A DNA stretch of 32,000 nt from Candidatus Saccharimonadota bacterium. Its GTDB lineage: Bacteria; Patescibacteriota; Gracilibacteria; BD1-5; UBA6164. The notes below the pieces were generated by a model, which worked only from the letters and a program-made list of their open reading frames with translations, was not told the origin of the DNA and made no database searches. A program made the translations under genes and the position numbers. Within the stretch, counting starts at the first letter, position 1; each line of letters begins with the position of its first letter. Positions 1-10,556 of this stretch are shown one piece after another. The DNA lies in the NCBI GenBank assembly GCA_963677765.1, contig OY782392.1, positions 360,001 to 392,000 on the forward strand. The letters run 5' to 3'.

Positions 1-336
1 ATAGATGCAAATAAACAAATAATTGATTTACTTAGCCAATTAAATGAGAAAGAATTAAAACTATTAGTATATATAAATCAAGCTATTTTAAATACAATAA
101 TTTGAAATGAAGATATACAATCACAATTAAGTAAATCAATTTGAAAACAAGATATTTTTAGTGTTATAATTGATGATAGAGACTTGAATTTAGCAAAAGA
201 AGTAAATAATTCAGAATATGAAAAAATATATATAACATACTGATTACTTCATTTTAAATGATTTTTCAACAAACTAAAAAGTATGGATGAAAATTGGGAA
301 ATAGTAGAAGTAAAAAATCTATATCCTATAGACTAA
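1..336 (+). CDS. C-terminal part of a TraB/GumN-like family protein (5' end outside window)
   Basis: Frame 1 is open from the window edge to TAA 334-336 if 4 in-frame TGA are read as Gly. The tail ...RDLNLAKEV...YITYGLLHFKG... resembles the RNxxM and GxxHLxG end of TraB/GumN proteins. A hairpin terminator follows. Confidence 0.45.
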
Positions 337-368
337 AAAAAGAATTAGATAAACTAATTCTTTTTTTT
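337..368. terminator. Bidirectional intrinsic terminator shared by convergent genes
   Basis: A-tract, stem AGAATTAG (341-348) / CTAATTCT (354-361), then T-tract. It lies between the + gene ending at 336 and the - gene whose stop is 369-367. Confidence 0.7.
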
Positions 369-1335
369 AATCGTTATAAAATATCGAACTAACATATAAA
401 TACCCCCCTATAAAATATATAAATAAAACAAAACTAAATCATAAAGTTAAAAAAACATTAAAAATAGTATGAAGTAATATACTAACAACAAGTCAAAATA
501 AAAATATTTTTAAATATGGAAAGCTTAATTCTTTTTCTCTATATAAAAGTAATGCTTTTGAAAAATAATAAGCTACAACACTACTAGCCAATATATGTAA
601 AACAACTGAAAATGTAGAGCGAAAAAAGTATAGTTTTAATAATTCTCAATTTAATCAATATCATTGGTAATAATTGTATAAATATAATATATTTTCTACA
701 AAACTAAATCATAAAGCTATAAATATAGAGTATAAAACTCAATCTTTTATAGATTTTATTTTAAAAACATCTGATTGTAAAAAATTGAAATGCTTAGCTG
801 CCTCTTCTATAAATGCTACTATAAAATAATAAAAAATTATTAATTTAAATGTATCAAAAATTATAGATCAAAAGTTAATGGGGTTATTTATTTCAAAATC
901 TATATATATTAATAAATAATTAAGAAAATATAAAAAAATACTTGATATAAATATAAAAAAAAGAAAAACTAATATATTTTTTATAAATATTTTTAATATA
1001 TTAAATTTATTCCTTAAAAAAGCTCATAAAATAAAAGAAAAAATAACTATCAATCACAAGAAAAAACTAAGAGACAATCAAAATTCAAAACTTGTTAATA
1101 TAGATTTTAACTCTGAAGCAAAATAAAAAACATTTAAATATTTAAAATCTAAAATATCCAATATTTTATCCATATTTAAAATTGGAAAAACAGCTAATGA
1201 TCAACCTAGAATTCATAAAATAAATCTTTTTTTATTTATAGGGTTATCATCTATATAAGTAAAAGAATAAGCCCAAATAACAATAGGAAAAAATGAAATA
1301 AGAGCTAAAAGTAAGTATAAAAAAATATCTTTCAT
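367..1335 (-). CDS. PrsW-family intramembrane metalloprotease
   Basis: ATG at 1335 and TAA at 369-367 are in frame (322 codons) with TGA=Gly. Polytopic hydrophobic protein with FIEEAAKH (EExxK) and LLHTIFN (HxxxN) motifs typical of PrsW proteases. Confidence 0.75.
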
Positions 1336-1389
1336 AAGTTATTTTTATTTTGTTAATTAATTTAATTATAACATTTTTTATAACAAAAT

Positions 1390-1418
1390 AAAATAGAGTT
1401 TTTAAAAAACTCTATTTT
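1390..1418 (-). terminator. Intrinsic terminator of the murA/small-ORF transcription unit
   Basis: Stem AAAATAGAGTTTT / AAAACTCTATTTT with a 3-nt loop, immediately after the stop at 1422-1420. T-rich on the minus strand. Confidence 0.65.
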
Positions 1419-1419
1419 A

Positions 1420-1623
1420 TTATTTTTTATTTCTATATATTTTATAATTTCAAAAACTTACATAATCTTCCCTATTTTCTTTATTTGATTTAAAAAATCA
1501 AAAAAAAGCTAACATATTAAGTCAAATAAATATGAAAAATCCTCAAATTAAAAAAACTAATATTGCAGGAAATGCTATTATAACTACTCAAAAGATAACT
1601 AATCAAATTGCTAAACCTTTCAT
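1420..1623 (-). CDS. Small two-helix membrane protein (67 aa), function unknown
   Basis: ATG 1623, TAA 1422-1420, in frame. MKGLAIGLVIFGVVIIAFPAILVFLIGGFFIFIGLNMLAFFG... has several TGA-encoded Gly. Starts 18 nt downstream of the murA stop. Confidence 0.5.
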
Positions 1624-1641
1624 AAATTTTAATATTAATAA

Positions 1642-2901
1642 TTATTCTATTTCTTCTATATCAGCTCATAAAGATTTTAATTTATTTAAAAAATCTTCAT
1701 AACCTCTATATATATATTCAACATTTGTTATTTTTGTTTCTCATTCTGAAATTAATCAAGCTATAACCATAGCAGCTCAAGCTCTAAGATCCCAAGAAGT
1801 TACTGTAGCTCATCATTTTAAATGATTTGGTCAAAAAATTACTGCTTCATGAGGATTCATTATAGCTAAATTAGCAGCCATTTTTTCTAACTCAACTAAA
1901 AAGTTTAATCTTCATTCAAACAAAACTTCATGTATTTTACTTACTCAATTAGCTTGTGATAATAATATAGTAAATGGTGATTGCAAATCAGTTGGAAATC
2001 AAGGAAATATATTTGTTTGAATATTTATCGCTTTTAAATCTTTTGATTTATAGACTCTTAATGTATCATTACCTAAATCCTCTACTTTTACTCAAGTTTC
2101 TTTAAGTTTCTCAATATAAACATATAAATCCTCTATTCTAGCATCAATAATATCTATATATTCTTTTGAGGCTAATGCTCATATAACCATATAAGTTCAT
2201 GATTCAATATAATCAGCAACTATATCAAACTCAAAATCTGAACTTAACTCTTTTACTCAATTAATTATAATTTCATGATTATATCTTATTTTAATATCTG
2301 CTCAAGCTTTTCTTAAAAAACTTATAAGATTCATTACATGAGGTTCAATAGCAGATGATTTAATAACTGTTTTTCATTCTCTCAAAACATTTGCAACAAT
2401 CAGGTTCTCAGTTGAAGAAACTCAAAAACCTCAATTTAATACTTTATCCCCTGAACTAAGTTTTCAATTTAAAGAAATATCTTCATTCTCATAAATATAA
2501 TCATATCATATTGCCTTTAATCAATTTAAATGAGAATCAATTGGTCTTCTTCATATTTTACATCATCCTGGAAAAGGAATTTTTATACTACCAAAAAAAT
2601 GTAATAATGGTGATAGTAAAAATATAGATGATCTTATTTTTTTTATTTTTTCAAAATTTAAATTTTCATTAGTAATATTAGAAGAATCAAAAATAAGGCT
2701 AGTTCCCTCCCAACTATACTTTACTCAAATTCATTCTAGTATATCAAGAAAAGTCATAACATCCCCTATTTTTGGCATTCTATTCAACTTAACTTTTCAA
2801 TTTAACATCAATGCTGCTCACAATATAGGCAAAGCTGCATTTTTAGATCAGCTTATTTTAACACTACCTGATAATTCTTTTTTTCATTTAACTACTAACA
2901 T
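1642..2901 (-). CDS. murA: UDP-N-acetylglucosamine 1-carboxyvinyltransferase
   Basis: ATG 2901 and TAA 1644-1642 are in frame (419 codons). MLVVKGKKELSGSVKISGSKNAALPILGAAL..., FPGGCKIGRRPIDSHL (catalytic Cys loop) and FPGFPTDLQ are present. Roughly three quarters of Gly codons are TGA. Confidence 0.93.
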
Positions 2902-3026
2902 CTAAAAAAATTAATTAATATTTAGAAAAGAATTATATATAAAAATATTTTTATTTCAATTTTGAAATTTAAAACTTTTTTATATAATTTTTATTAGATA
3001 TTAAAATAATATTTAAATACAAAAAA

Positions 3027-4931
3027 ATGTTTGAAATAAGTGCAAAAAAAGTCGACTTAGAAAAAAATAATACAATATTAAAAAGAAATATAAACTTAGA
3101 TAAAAATTTAGATTGTTTTATATTAGTTAGTTCTAATAATTCTAAATTAGCTGAAAATATATTAAATAATACTTTAGAATTTTTAATAGATAAAATTAGC
3201 AAAAAAGATGCTTATAAAGATTTTTCTATAGCATTAGAAAGTGTTAATTCATATTTAAAAACTTGGAGAAATGAAGAATCTGAAAAAGATAATAATTCGC
3301 TGGATATGATTATATCTATATTAAATGAAAATAATTATATTTTTTCTAATATATGAGACTCTTCAGCCTATTTAATAAATAAAAATTCGGAAGTAATAGA
3401 ATTAACTGAAAAAAATGAAAATAAAAAATTATTTTCATATATTTCAAGTTGAAGCTTAATGAATTGAGATATTGTTATTAATTCTACAATTAGTTTACTA
3501 AAATTCTTAACAAAAAGTGATTTAATAGATTGATTAGTATTATCAGAAGATATAGAGATTTTTAATAAAAATATAAAAAATATACTATCTAGTGAATTGC
3601 TATGAAAAAACTGTCTAGTTAGTTCATTAAAATATGAAAATAAATCACAAAAACAAAAAAATGAAAAAATTGAACTAATTAAAGATTATTGTATAAAATG
3701 ATTAGATAATAAATTTATAAAGCAAGTTATTTGAAAGTCGTTATTATTAAAAGAAAAACTAAGTTCAAAATCTAAAAGTATTAAAAGTGCTATATTTATA
3801 TTATGAATTTCAGTGTCTATATTTTTTCTATATACTACTTTAGACAAAATAGTTTCAGTTACAACACAAACAGAAAAAAAACAAGAAGCTAAAAATGATA
3901 TTATAGAAATAAGAAACTTTGTTAGAATAGCAGCTGAAAATGTATCTAATCAAGAAGTTTTTGAAGCAAATATACTTAAAGCTGAAGAATTAATAAGCAA
4001 AACAAAAGACAAAGAATTATTTTTGAATGATTTAGAACAAATAAATCAAAATATAAATATATTAAAAAATCAATTTAATAAAATTGAAACATTCAAAACA
4101 ACTGATGATAATTTAATATATGATTCTAAAGAATTAGATTCTGTAAAATTAATAAGATACAACTCAAGAAATTATATTATAAATAAAAACTCTGTTGTTT
4201 GACCTATAATATCAGAAAAATCAGATGCTAAAATATATATGTTTAATTCATTATCTGATTGAGAAGAATTTATTGATGCTGTAGCAATAAATTGAGATTT
4301 ATACATACTTACAAACAAATCAAAAATTGTAAAATTTACAAATAATGGATTTTTTAGTTTTATAAGTGTTAATGGACAAGCATCATGGTGAAATATAAAA
4401 GATATAGAAGCTTATTCGTCAAGCCTATATACATTAACAGATAATAATCAAATAAATAAACATACTCTTTGAGTTAATGAATTTAGAGCAGGGACACCTT
4501 ATTTAAAAGATTGAGATTTAGAGCAAAATTGAAAAATAAGAGATATTTGAATAGATTGATGATTTTATATGATAAAAGAAAATCTATCAATGATAAAATT
4601 TTTCTCTTCACCATATAGAATAGAATCTCTTATACTAAATAAATTGCCTGACAATTATTCTTATGACAATGAAAGTTCAATAGCAATAAAAGCAAGAAAT
4701 GAATTAAAATATGCTTATATGCTTATGAATAATAAAATATGGATATTTAACACAAACACTAATAGTTTTGTTAATACAAAAAGTTTAACTTATGTATGAC
4801 AAATAGAATGATCAGACGAAAAAATAATAGATTTTTATGTTAATTATGACTGAGAATTATTAGTTCTGAATAAAAAATGAATATACAAATTAAACTTTGA
4901 AGTTAGCGATGATAAACTAATTTTGAAGTAA
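3027..4931 (+). CDS. Membrane-anchored protein: degenerate PP2C-like N-terminal domain, TM helix, coiled coil, C-terminal repeat (beta-propeller-like) region
   Basis: One frame is open from 3027 to TAA 4929-4931. It joins track ORFs 3027..3356, 3813..4202 and 4569..4799 through in-frame TGA. PP2C-like motifs NIGDSSAYLI and NGDIVINST are present, but the DGxGG position reads FILVSSNN. TM segment AIFILGISVSIFFLYTTL. The function call is an inference. Confidence 0.6.
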
Positions 4932-5054
4932 GTAAAAAGTAAATAACAACATAAAAAAACATTTTTTCAAAAAAGTTTTGCAAATTTTTGTTTTATGAAT
5001 AGAATTTGCAAGCTTTTTAATATAACATTAATTATTTATATCAAAATCAAGATT

Positions 5055-5663
5055 ATGGAAAATTTAAACTTAAATGCTCAAATCAGAAAAGATGATGAGA
5101 AATTAAATGAAGTAAGAAACTCAAAGATGATACCAGCTGTAGTTTATGGTAAAAAACAAGAAGCTATAAAAATAAAAGTTGATTATTCTGAGTTTTTAAA
5201 ATTATTTAGAGTTTCTGGTGAATCACACATTATTAACTTAAATGTTGAATCTAAAAAAATAGAAGTATTAGTACATGAAGTACAATATGCTCCTATCAAC
5301 GGAAGTTATTTACATGTAGATTTCATAGCTGTTACTAAATGAGAAAAAGTACATACTAAAATTCACTTAGATTTTAAAGGTACTTCTAAAGCTGTAAAAG
5401 AAGGTGGTATATTAGAAGAACACTTAAAAGAAGTTGAGGTAAAAGTATTACCAAAAGATTTAGTTGACTCTATAGAAGTAGATTTATCTAAATTAGAAGA
5501 AATGGGAGACTCAATAAAAGTTTCTGACTTAAACGTAGATTCTTCTAAAATAGAAATTTTAAACAATAGTGATGATGTTGTTGCTATAGTTTCTAAACCT
5601 AAAAAATTAAAAGAAGAAGATGAAACTACTACTGAAGAAGTAGCTACAGAAGAAAATAAATAA
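5055..5663 (+). CDS. rplY: 50S ribosomal protein L25 / general stress protein Ctc
   Basis: MENLNLNAQIRKDDEKLNEVRNSKMIPAVVYGKK... followed by a Ctc-type C-terminal beta domain and an acidic tail. ATG 5055 chosen over the track start 4995. TAA 5661-5663. There is one in-frame TGA (5340-5342). Confidence 0.88.
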
Positions 5664-5671
5664 AAATTTTA

Positions 5672-5709
5672 AAAAAATACAATTTAATATATAATTAAAT
5701 TGTATTTTT
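5672..5709 (+). terminator. Intrinsic terminator after rplY
   Basis: Stem ATACAATTTAAT (5677-5688) / ATTAAATTGTAT (5694-5705), followed by a T-run. Confidence 0.65.
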
Positions 5710-5728
5710 AATTTAATAAAAAAAAGAT

Positions 5729-6049
5729 ATGAAAGTAAAATTATTTTGAACTGAAGAAAATACAAAAAACTTATTAACTAAAGTTGAAAGTTCTCTAGAT
5801 GAATTATGACTTAGAGATTTTATAGAATTAGAAATAACTAATGATGAATCTTTAAAAAATGAATTAAATATAGAAAAAGAACCTGCTCTAATTATAGAAG
5901 AAGAATCTATAGATTTTAAAGATACTATATTCGAATGAATTGAACCAAGTAATGAAGAAATAAAATCTATGTTTATAAGTATAATTTGATGATGAGAAGC
6001 TTGATGATCATGTGCACCAGGTGGATGTGGAAGTTGATGTAGTTGTTAA
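5729..6049 (+). CDS. Thioredoxin-fold (MTH895/Thioredoxin_3-like) protein lacking the N-terminal CxxC, with a Gly/Cys-rich C-terminal tail
   Basis: ATG 5729, TAA 6047-6049 (106 aa). MKVKLFGTEENTKNLL...EPALIIEE... matches the small thioredoxin-like pattern, but GTEEN replaces GxGCxxC. The tail is GGGEAGGSCAPGGCGSGCSC, with TGA TGA TGA at 5987-5995. Confidence 0.55.
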
Positions 6050-6052
6050 AAT

Positions 6053-6086
6053 AAAAAAACTAACTTTTAAAAGTTAGTTTTTTTTT
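6053..6086. terminator. Bidirectional intrinsic terminator
   Basis: Perfect palindrome AAAAAAACTAACTTTTAAAAGTTAGTTTTTTT between convergent genes. It overlaps the stop (6087-6085) of the minus-strand gene. Confidence 0.7.
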
Positions 6087-7482
6087 ATACATCAGTTTCT
6101 CATGATATTATTCATGAAGTAGTATTAGATCTTTTTATTATTGTATAATAATTAGTATATATTAATTCTTCTCATGAATAATATTTAACTTCATAAACAT
6201 TAGTTCAATCAGCTAAATTATTATAATCAACATCAGCATGATATCTCCATGTATTACCATTAAAAGATGATAATTCATATCAATTTACTGTTACCATATC
6301 AATTCTATCATCACTAACAGCACCTCTTATAGTAACAAAAGTTTCTGTAGTTGTATAAGAATTACTAGTACTTGGAGAAGTAAATTTATAATCTGTTCAA
6401 TCTACATCATAAGTTTTTACATTAAATCAAGAACTTGATTGATTTCAAGAACTAGAAGATCATTCTGAATAATATACTGTATAAATAAATTTTGAGACTA
6501 ATCAGTTTGATTCATTATATACTTTAAAAACAAGGTCATTTATAGATTTAGAAGTATCAACTCAAGTTACCTTAAAAGTTCAATTTGAAGAATCAAGTTC
6601 TGCTTTTTTTCAATTAACACTAAAATCATATACTACATCCATATTATAATTTCAACTTATATCAATTGAAGAAGATGAAACATTAGATTCATCTATTAAA
6701 TTAGAAAAAGTTAAATAATTATTTCATCATAGTATGGCTTTATTATTATTCTCTGTGTCAATGCTACCTGAAGAAGTTTCTTCTGTATCTAATGATGAAT
6801 CAATATATGAATCTCAATTATTAAGTATATACCAATCTGATCTTAGAAAAAATTGGTCAAGAGAATCTTTATTTAAAGATAAATCTATAGAATTATCTGA
6901 AGCCTCAGATCTAGATATACTTATTTTTTCTCAAGAAGTTAAAACAGTATTTCTTCAAACTAAATTATTTATTTCTAAAAAACCTGATAATAAATAAACA
7001 GTAGAAGATACTTCATTTTGAGATAAAGAAAGGTGAGAATTTTCTCATATTTTTAATTTTGCAAAATTCATTGAAACATCAACTGGCTTAGTAGTATTTA
7101 ACCAAACTTCTCAGCTAGTATGACTAAAACCTCAGTTTTCTAAATATTTAACTTCTCATAATTTATCAATTTTGAAATCAAGACCTAAATCATCTGATTT
7201 TAATGATATTTTTCAATCTCTAACTATTATTTTTTCTCATTTATAAAGATCTGTATCTCATTCATAATCTACCCTATTACCTCAAGAATATTCTATAACA
7301 GCATCAGAAAAATCATTATCTAAAGATATTTTTATTCAATTTTGATTTTCTAAATTAGGAGTTTTATCTTCTCATCATATAAAAAAAGATACAATTAATA
7401 TAAAAATAAGAAAAACTCAAATAATAGGAACTATATAATCTTTTATGTTTTTTTGTAATGAATTTCATCTTCTTCTATTCAT
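6085..7482 (-). CDS. Membrane-anchored secreted protein of unknown function with an Ig-like C-terminal domain
   Basis: ATG 7482 and TAA 6087-6085 are in frame (465 codons) with TGA=Gly. N-terminal basic stretch plus TM (IVPIIGVFLIFILIVSFFI). The C-terminus ...VTIRGAVSDDRIDMVTVNGYELSSFNGNTWRYHADV...GTNVYEVKYY resembles bacterial Ig-like/CARDB-type domains. Confidence 0.6.
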
Positions 7483-7699
7483 ATTAAAATATGTGATTTA
7501 TAAATTAAATTATTACTAATAATAATAAACATAATTGTAAAAATTACAATATAAAAATTTTTTTATAAAAAAATACTATATTATAAAATATAATTAGTAT
7601 ATGTAAAACAAAAAATAGCAAAAAAAAGCTATTTATATTGATTTAAAAAAAAATTTACTATAATGAAAAGCACTTTTATATATGTATAATATAGTTATT

Positions 7700-7933
7700 A
7701 TGAAAAAAATTATAGCATTAATAAGTGTTTTATCTTTAGCTTTATTAGCTTCTTGTGGAACTACTGAAGTTGTTGAAGAAGAAAACACTAACAGCGGTAA
7801 CGTTGTTGAAATGGAAGAAACTACTACTGAAGAAAATACTGAAGTTGTAGAAGAAATGAATAACGAAGAAGAAGCTACTGAAGTTGAAACTGAAGAAGTT
7901 GAAACTGAAGAAGTTATCGAAGTTATTAGATAA
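7700..7933 (+). CDS. Small acidic lipoprotein (Glu/Thr-rich)
   Basis: MKKIIALISVLSLALLAS|CGTT lipobox, followed by low-complexity E/T/V-rich sequence. ATG 7700 preferred over the track start 7682. TAA 7931-7933. Confidence 0.75.
   Translation: MKKIIALISVLSLALLASCGTTEVVEEENTNSGNVVEMEETTTEENTEVVEEMNNEEEATEVETEEVETEEVIEVIR
7880..7915 (+). repeat. 15-nt in-frame tandem repeat (about 2.4 copies) inside the lipoprotein gene
   Basis: GAAGTTGAAACTGAA occurs at 7880-7894 and 7895-7909, then a partial GAAGTT. It encodes (EVETE)n. Confidence 0.8.
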
Positions 7934-7944
7934 TTATATCTAAA

Positions 7945-7976
7945 TAAAAAAACACACTTTTTGTGTGTTTTTTTAT
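7945..7976 (+). terminator. Intrinsic terminator after the lipoprotein gene
   Basis: AAAAAACACAC TTTTT GTGTGTTTTTTT hairpin with a T-run. Confidence 0.7.
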
Positions 7977-8034
7977 TTGTTTTATTAATATTTTTTTATA
8001 AAATCACTCTAATATTATAAATTAAAAAATAAAA

Positions 8035-8787
8035 ATGAGTTCATTAGAAAAAAAATTGATGAAAAAACTACGTAATGCTATATGAGACTTTGAAATGATT
8101 AAAGAGTGAGAAACTGTCTTATTATGAGTATCTTGATGAAAAGACTCAATGGTATTATGATATTTACTAAATGAGTACAGAAAACACGCAAAAGAAAAAT
8201 TTGAAATAAGAGGAGTATATATTTTTAAAGAATTTTTAATTGATTGTGATATAAAATTCGAAGAAAAAAGGCAATATTTTGAAGATGTATTATGAATACC
8301 TCTAGAAAAAGTAAACATAAACCTACCTCCTGAATCAAAACTAAACGATTGAGTATGACAAAGTTGCCAATGGTGTGCTTATGCTAGAAGAATAGCAATG
8401 TTTAAGCTTTGTAAAAAATATAATGCAACAAAGATAGCATTTGGTCATCATATGGATGATATAGTAGTTACAGCAATGATGAATATGATAGAAGGTAGAA
8501 AATTAAAAATTATGCCTCCTGTAAACAAAATGAGTAAATGAGATATAACTTTTATTAGGCCTATGGCATATATAAGAGAAAAAGAAATATTAAACTTTGT
8601 AACTCAAAAAGAAATTCCATATTCACCTTGTTCTTGCCCTGTTTGAGAAACTACTATGAGAAACAAAATAAAATTTAATATTGTATGGGAAAATGAAAGA
8701 AAATTTCCAAAATATACAGAAAATATGTTCTGGGCATTAATAAAAGACTTTAGAGAAAAATATGAAAAAGATTGATATAGTATGTAA
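8035..8787 (+). CDS. ttcA: TtcA-family PP-loop ATPase (tRNA 2-thiocytidine synthetase-like)
   Basis: ATG 8035, TAA 8785-8787 (250 aa). LLGVSGGKDS has both Gly encoded by TGA (8134-8139). CQWCAYARR, ATKIAFGHHMDD, MPPVN and IRPMAYIREKEI are collinear with the TtcA motifs CxxCSRLRR, TKIALGHHxDD, MPPKL and IRPLAY. Confidence 0.75.
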
Positions 8788-8851
8788 TTTTGCAAAAATA
8801 AAAAAAGAGTGTTAATATTAATTTATATTTAAATATTAAACTCTTTTTACT

Positions 8852-9244
8852 ATGCCAGAAAGTATATATTCACTTAAAATTTTTGAATGATTTGATAAAG
8901 AAATAATTGATAGTATTATAAACAATTGTGAAATAAGATATATTACTGCTTGAGAGATGATAATAGTTGAGTGAGAAGAATCAAATTGAGAATGATATAT
9001 TTTAAAAAGATGAAAAGTTTCTATCTCAATTAGATGAAATAGAATTGCAGAATTAAGCTCAGGTGATATTTTTTGAGAAATAGCTTTATTAAATGAGGAA
9101 GAAAGAACTGCAACAGTAACAGCAAGTACAGATATAGAAGTAATAGTTTTAAAACTAGAAAACTTAATAGAAATGATAAATAATGATGAAAACAAAATAA
9201 ATAAAACTATAATGAATAGAATAGAAGAAAATTTAAAAATGTAA
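8852..9244 (+). CDS. Stand-alone cyclic nucleotide-binding domain protein
   Basis: ATG 8852, TAA 9242-9244 (130 aa). ...GDIFGEIALLNEEERTATVTA... is the phosphate-binding cassette signature FGExALxxxxxRTATV. There is no attached output domain. Confidence 0.75.
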
Positions 9245-9245
9245 T

Positions 9246-9277
9246 AAAAAAACTATGATAAATATCATAGTTTTTTT
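9246..9277. terminator. Bidirectional intrinsic terminator
   Basis: AAAAAAACTATGAT AAAT ATCATAGTTTTTTT. It overlaps the tyrS stop codon at 9278-9276. Confidence 0.7.
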
Positions 9278-10556
9278 ATTTTAATATAATCCTAAAGTTT
9301 TTCTTACCTTTTCTAATAAGCATAAATTTATTATCAATAAAATTTACTGATACATCAAAGTTAAAATTATCTATTTTTTCTTCATTTATATATATAGCTC
9401 ATGATTTTACACTATTTCTTGAATTAGAATTTGAAGATTCTAATCAAGATTTAACTATTGTTTCAAATAAGTTTTCTCAATTATATATGAAACCTCACAT
9501 AGCTTCTTTAAATGTATTTAATTCTCATTCATCAAGAGATTTTAAAATTTCTAATTTATCTACATCTCAAAACATAAAATTAGATATTTTTTCAGATAAT
9601 TCAGCTTCTTTTGTTCAATGAATAATTTCAACAACCTTAAAAGCAAGTAATCTTTGTCATTCTCTGTTTTCTGGTTGAGCTAAGTGTTTTTTAACAATTT
9701 CATCTATTTCTTCAGTTTCAATTAAAGTAAGCATTTTCATATACCTTGATAAATCTTCATCAGAAGTATTCATAAAATATTGATATATAAAATATGGCGT
9801 AGTTTTTGTTTTATCTAAAAACATAGCATTTCACTCACTTTTACCAAACTTTTTTCAAGTAGAGTCAGTTATTAAAGGCCATGTTAAAGCATGAACTTCT
9901 TTTTCATATTTTTTTCTGATTAATTCAGTTCAAGTAACTAAGTTTCACCATTGATCTTGTCATCAAATTTGTAAAGAAACTCACATATCTTTACTTAATT
10001 TTGAATAATCATATCATTGTAATAATTGATATGAAAACTCTGTATAACTTATTGATTTTGTAGGATCTTCTATTCTTTTTTTAACATTATCCTTAGAAAT
10101 CATATTGTTAACAGTTATAAACTTTCAAACTTCTCTTAAAAAATCTAAATAATTCATATCAACATAGAAATCCTTATTGTTTACAAAATCATATTTAAAA
10201 TTGTCTCATGTAAAGTTTTCTAAGTTTATTAATACATTTGATATTTGATTTGATATCTTTTTTTGATTATTATCTAAATCATCCATAGATAAAAAACTTC
10301 TTTCACTATCTTTTCATCCAGGATCTCATATCATTCATGTAGCTCATCATGTTAAAGCTATATACTTGTTTCATCTTCTCATAAAATGAATTGCAACCAT
10401 AAATCATATAAAATTTCATAAGTGAAGTGAGTCAGCTGTAGGATCAAAACCACAATAAAAAACTCCTTCTCAATTATCAAATTTACTAAATAATTCATCA
10501 CTTGTATATTGATATAACAATCATCTATCTGATAATTCCTGTTTTAAACTTTTCAT
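9276..10556 (-). CDS. tyrS: Tyrosine--tRNA ligase
   Basis: ATG 10556 and TAA 9278-9276 are in frame (426 aa). [13 protein letters not shown] (HIGH), KFGKSEGNA (KMSKS) and a C-terminal S4-like domain are present, with many TGA-Gly codons. Confidence 0.93.

Noticed and set aside
6734-6997. Several track ORFs: 2969..3202(-), 5363..5566(-), 6734..6997(+), 8022..8318(-), 8604..8795(-), 8836..9195(-), 12039..12335(+), 15445..15657(+), 21938..22150(+), 22618..22803(-), 23211..23516(-), 30721..31023(+), 31771..31980(+).
   Set aside because: All are antisense or out of frame to much longer code-25 genes with clear homology. They have low-complexity composition typical of shadow ORFs in AT-rich DNA.
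7543-7559. Palindrome ATTGTAAAAATTACAAT and a TTGATT/TATAAT pair (7638-7664) upstream of the first lipoprotein gene, as a possible operator and promoter.
   Set aside because: The promoter spacer is only 15 nt, and short A/T palindromes are frequent in this composition. There is not enough support to call a feature.
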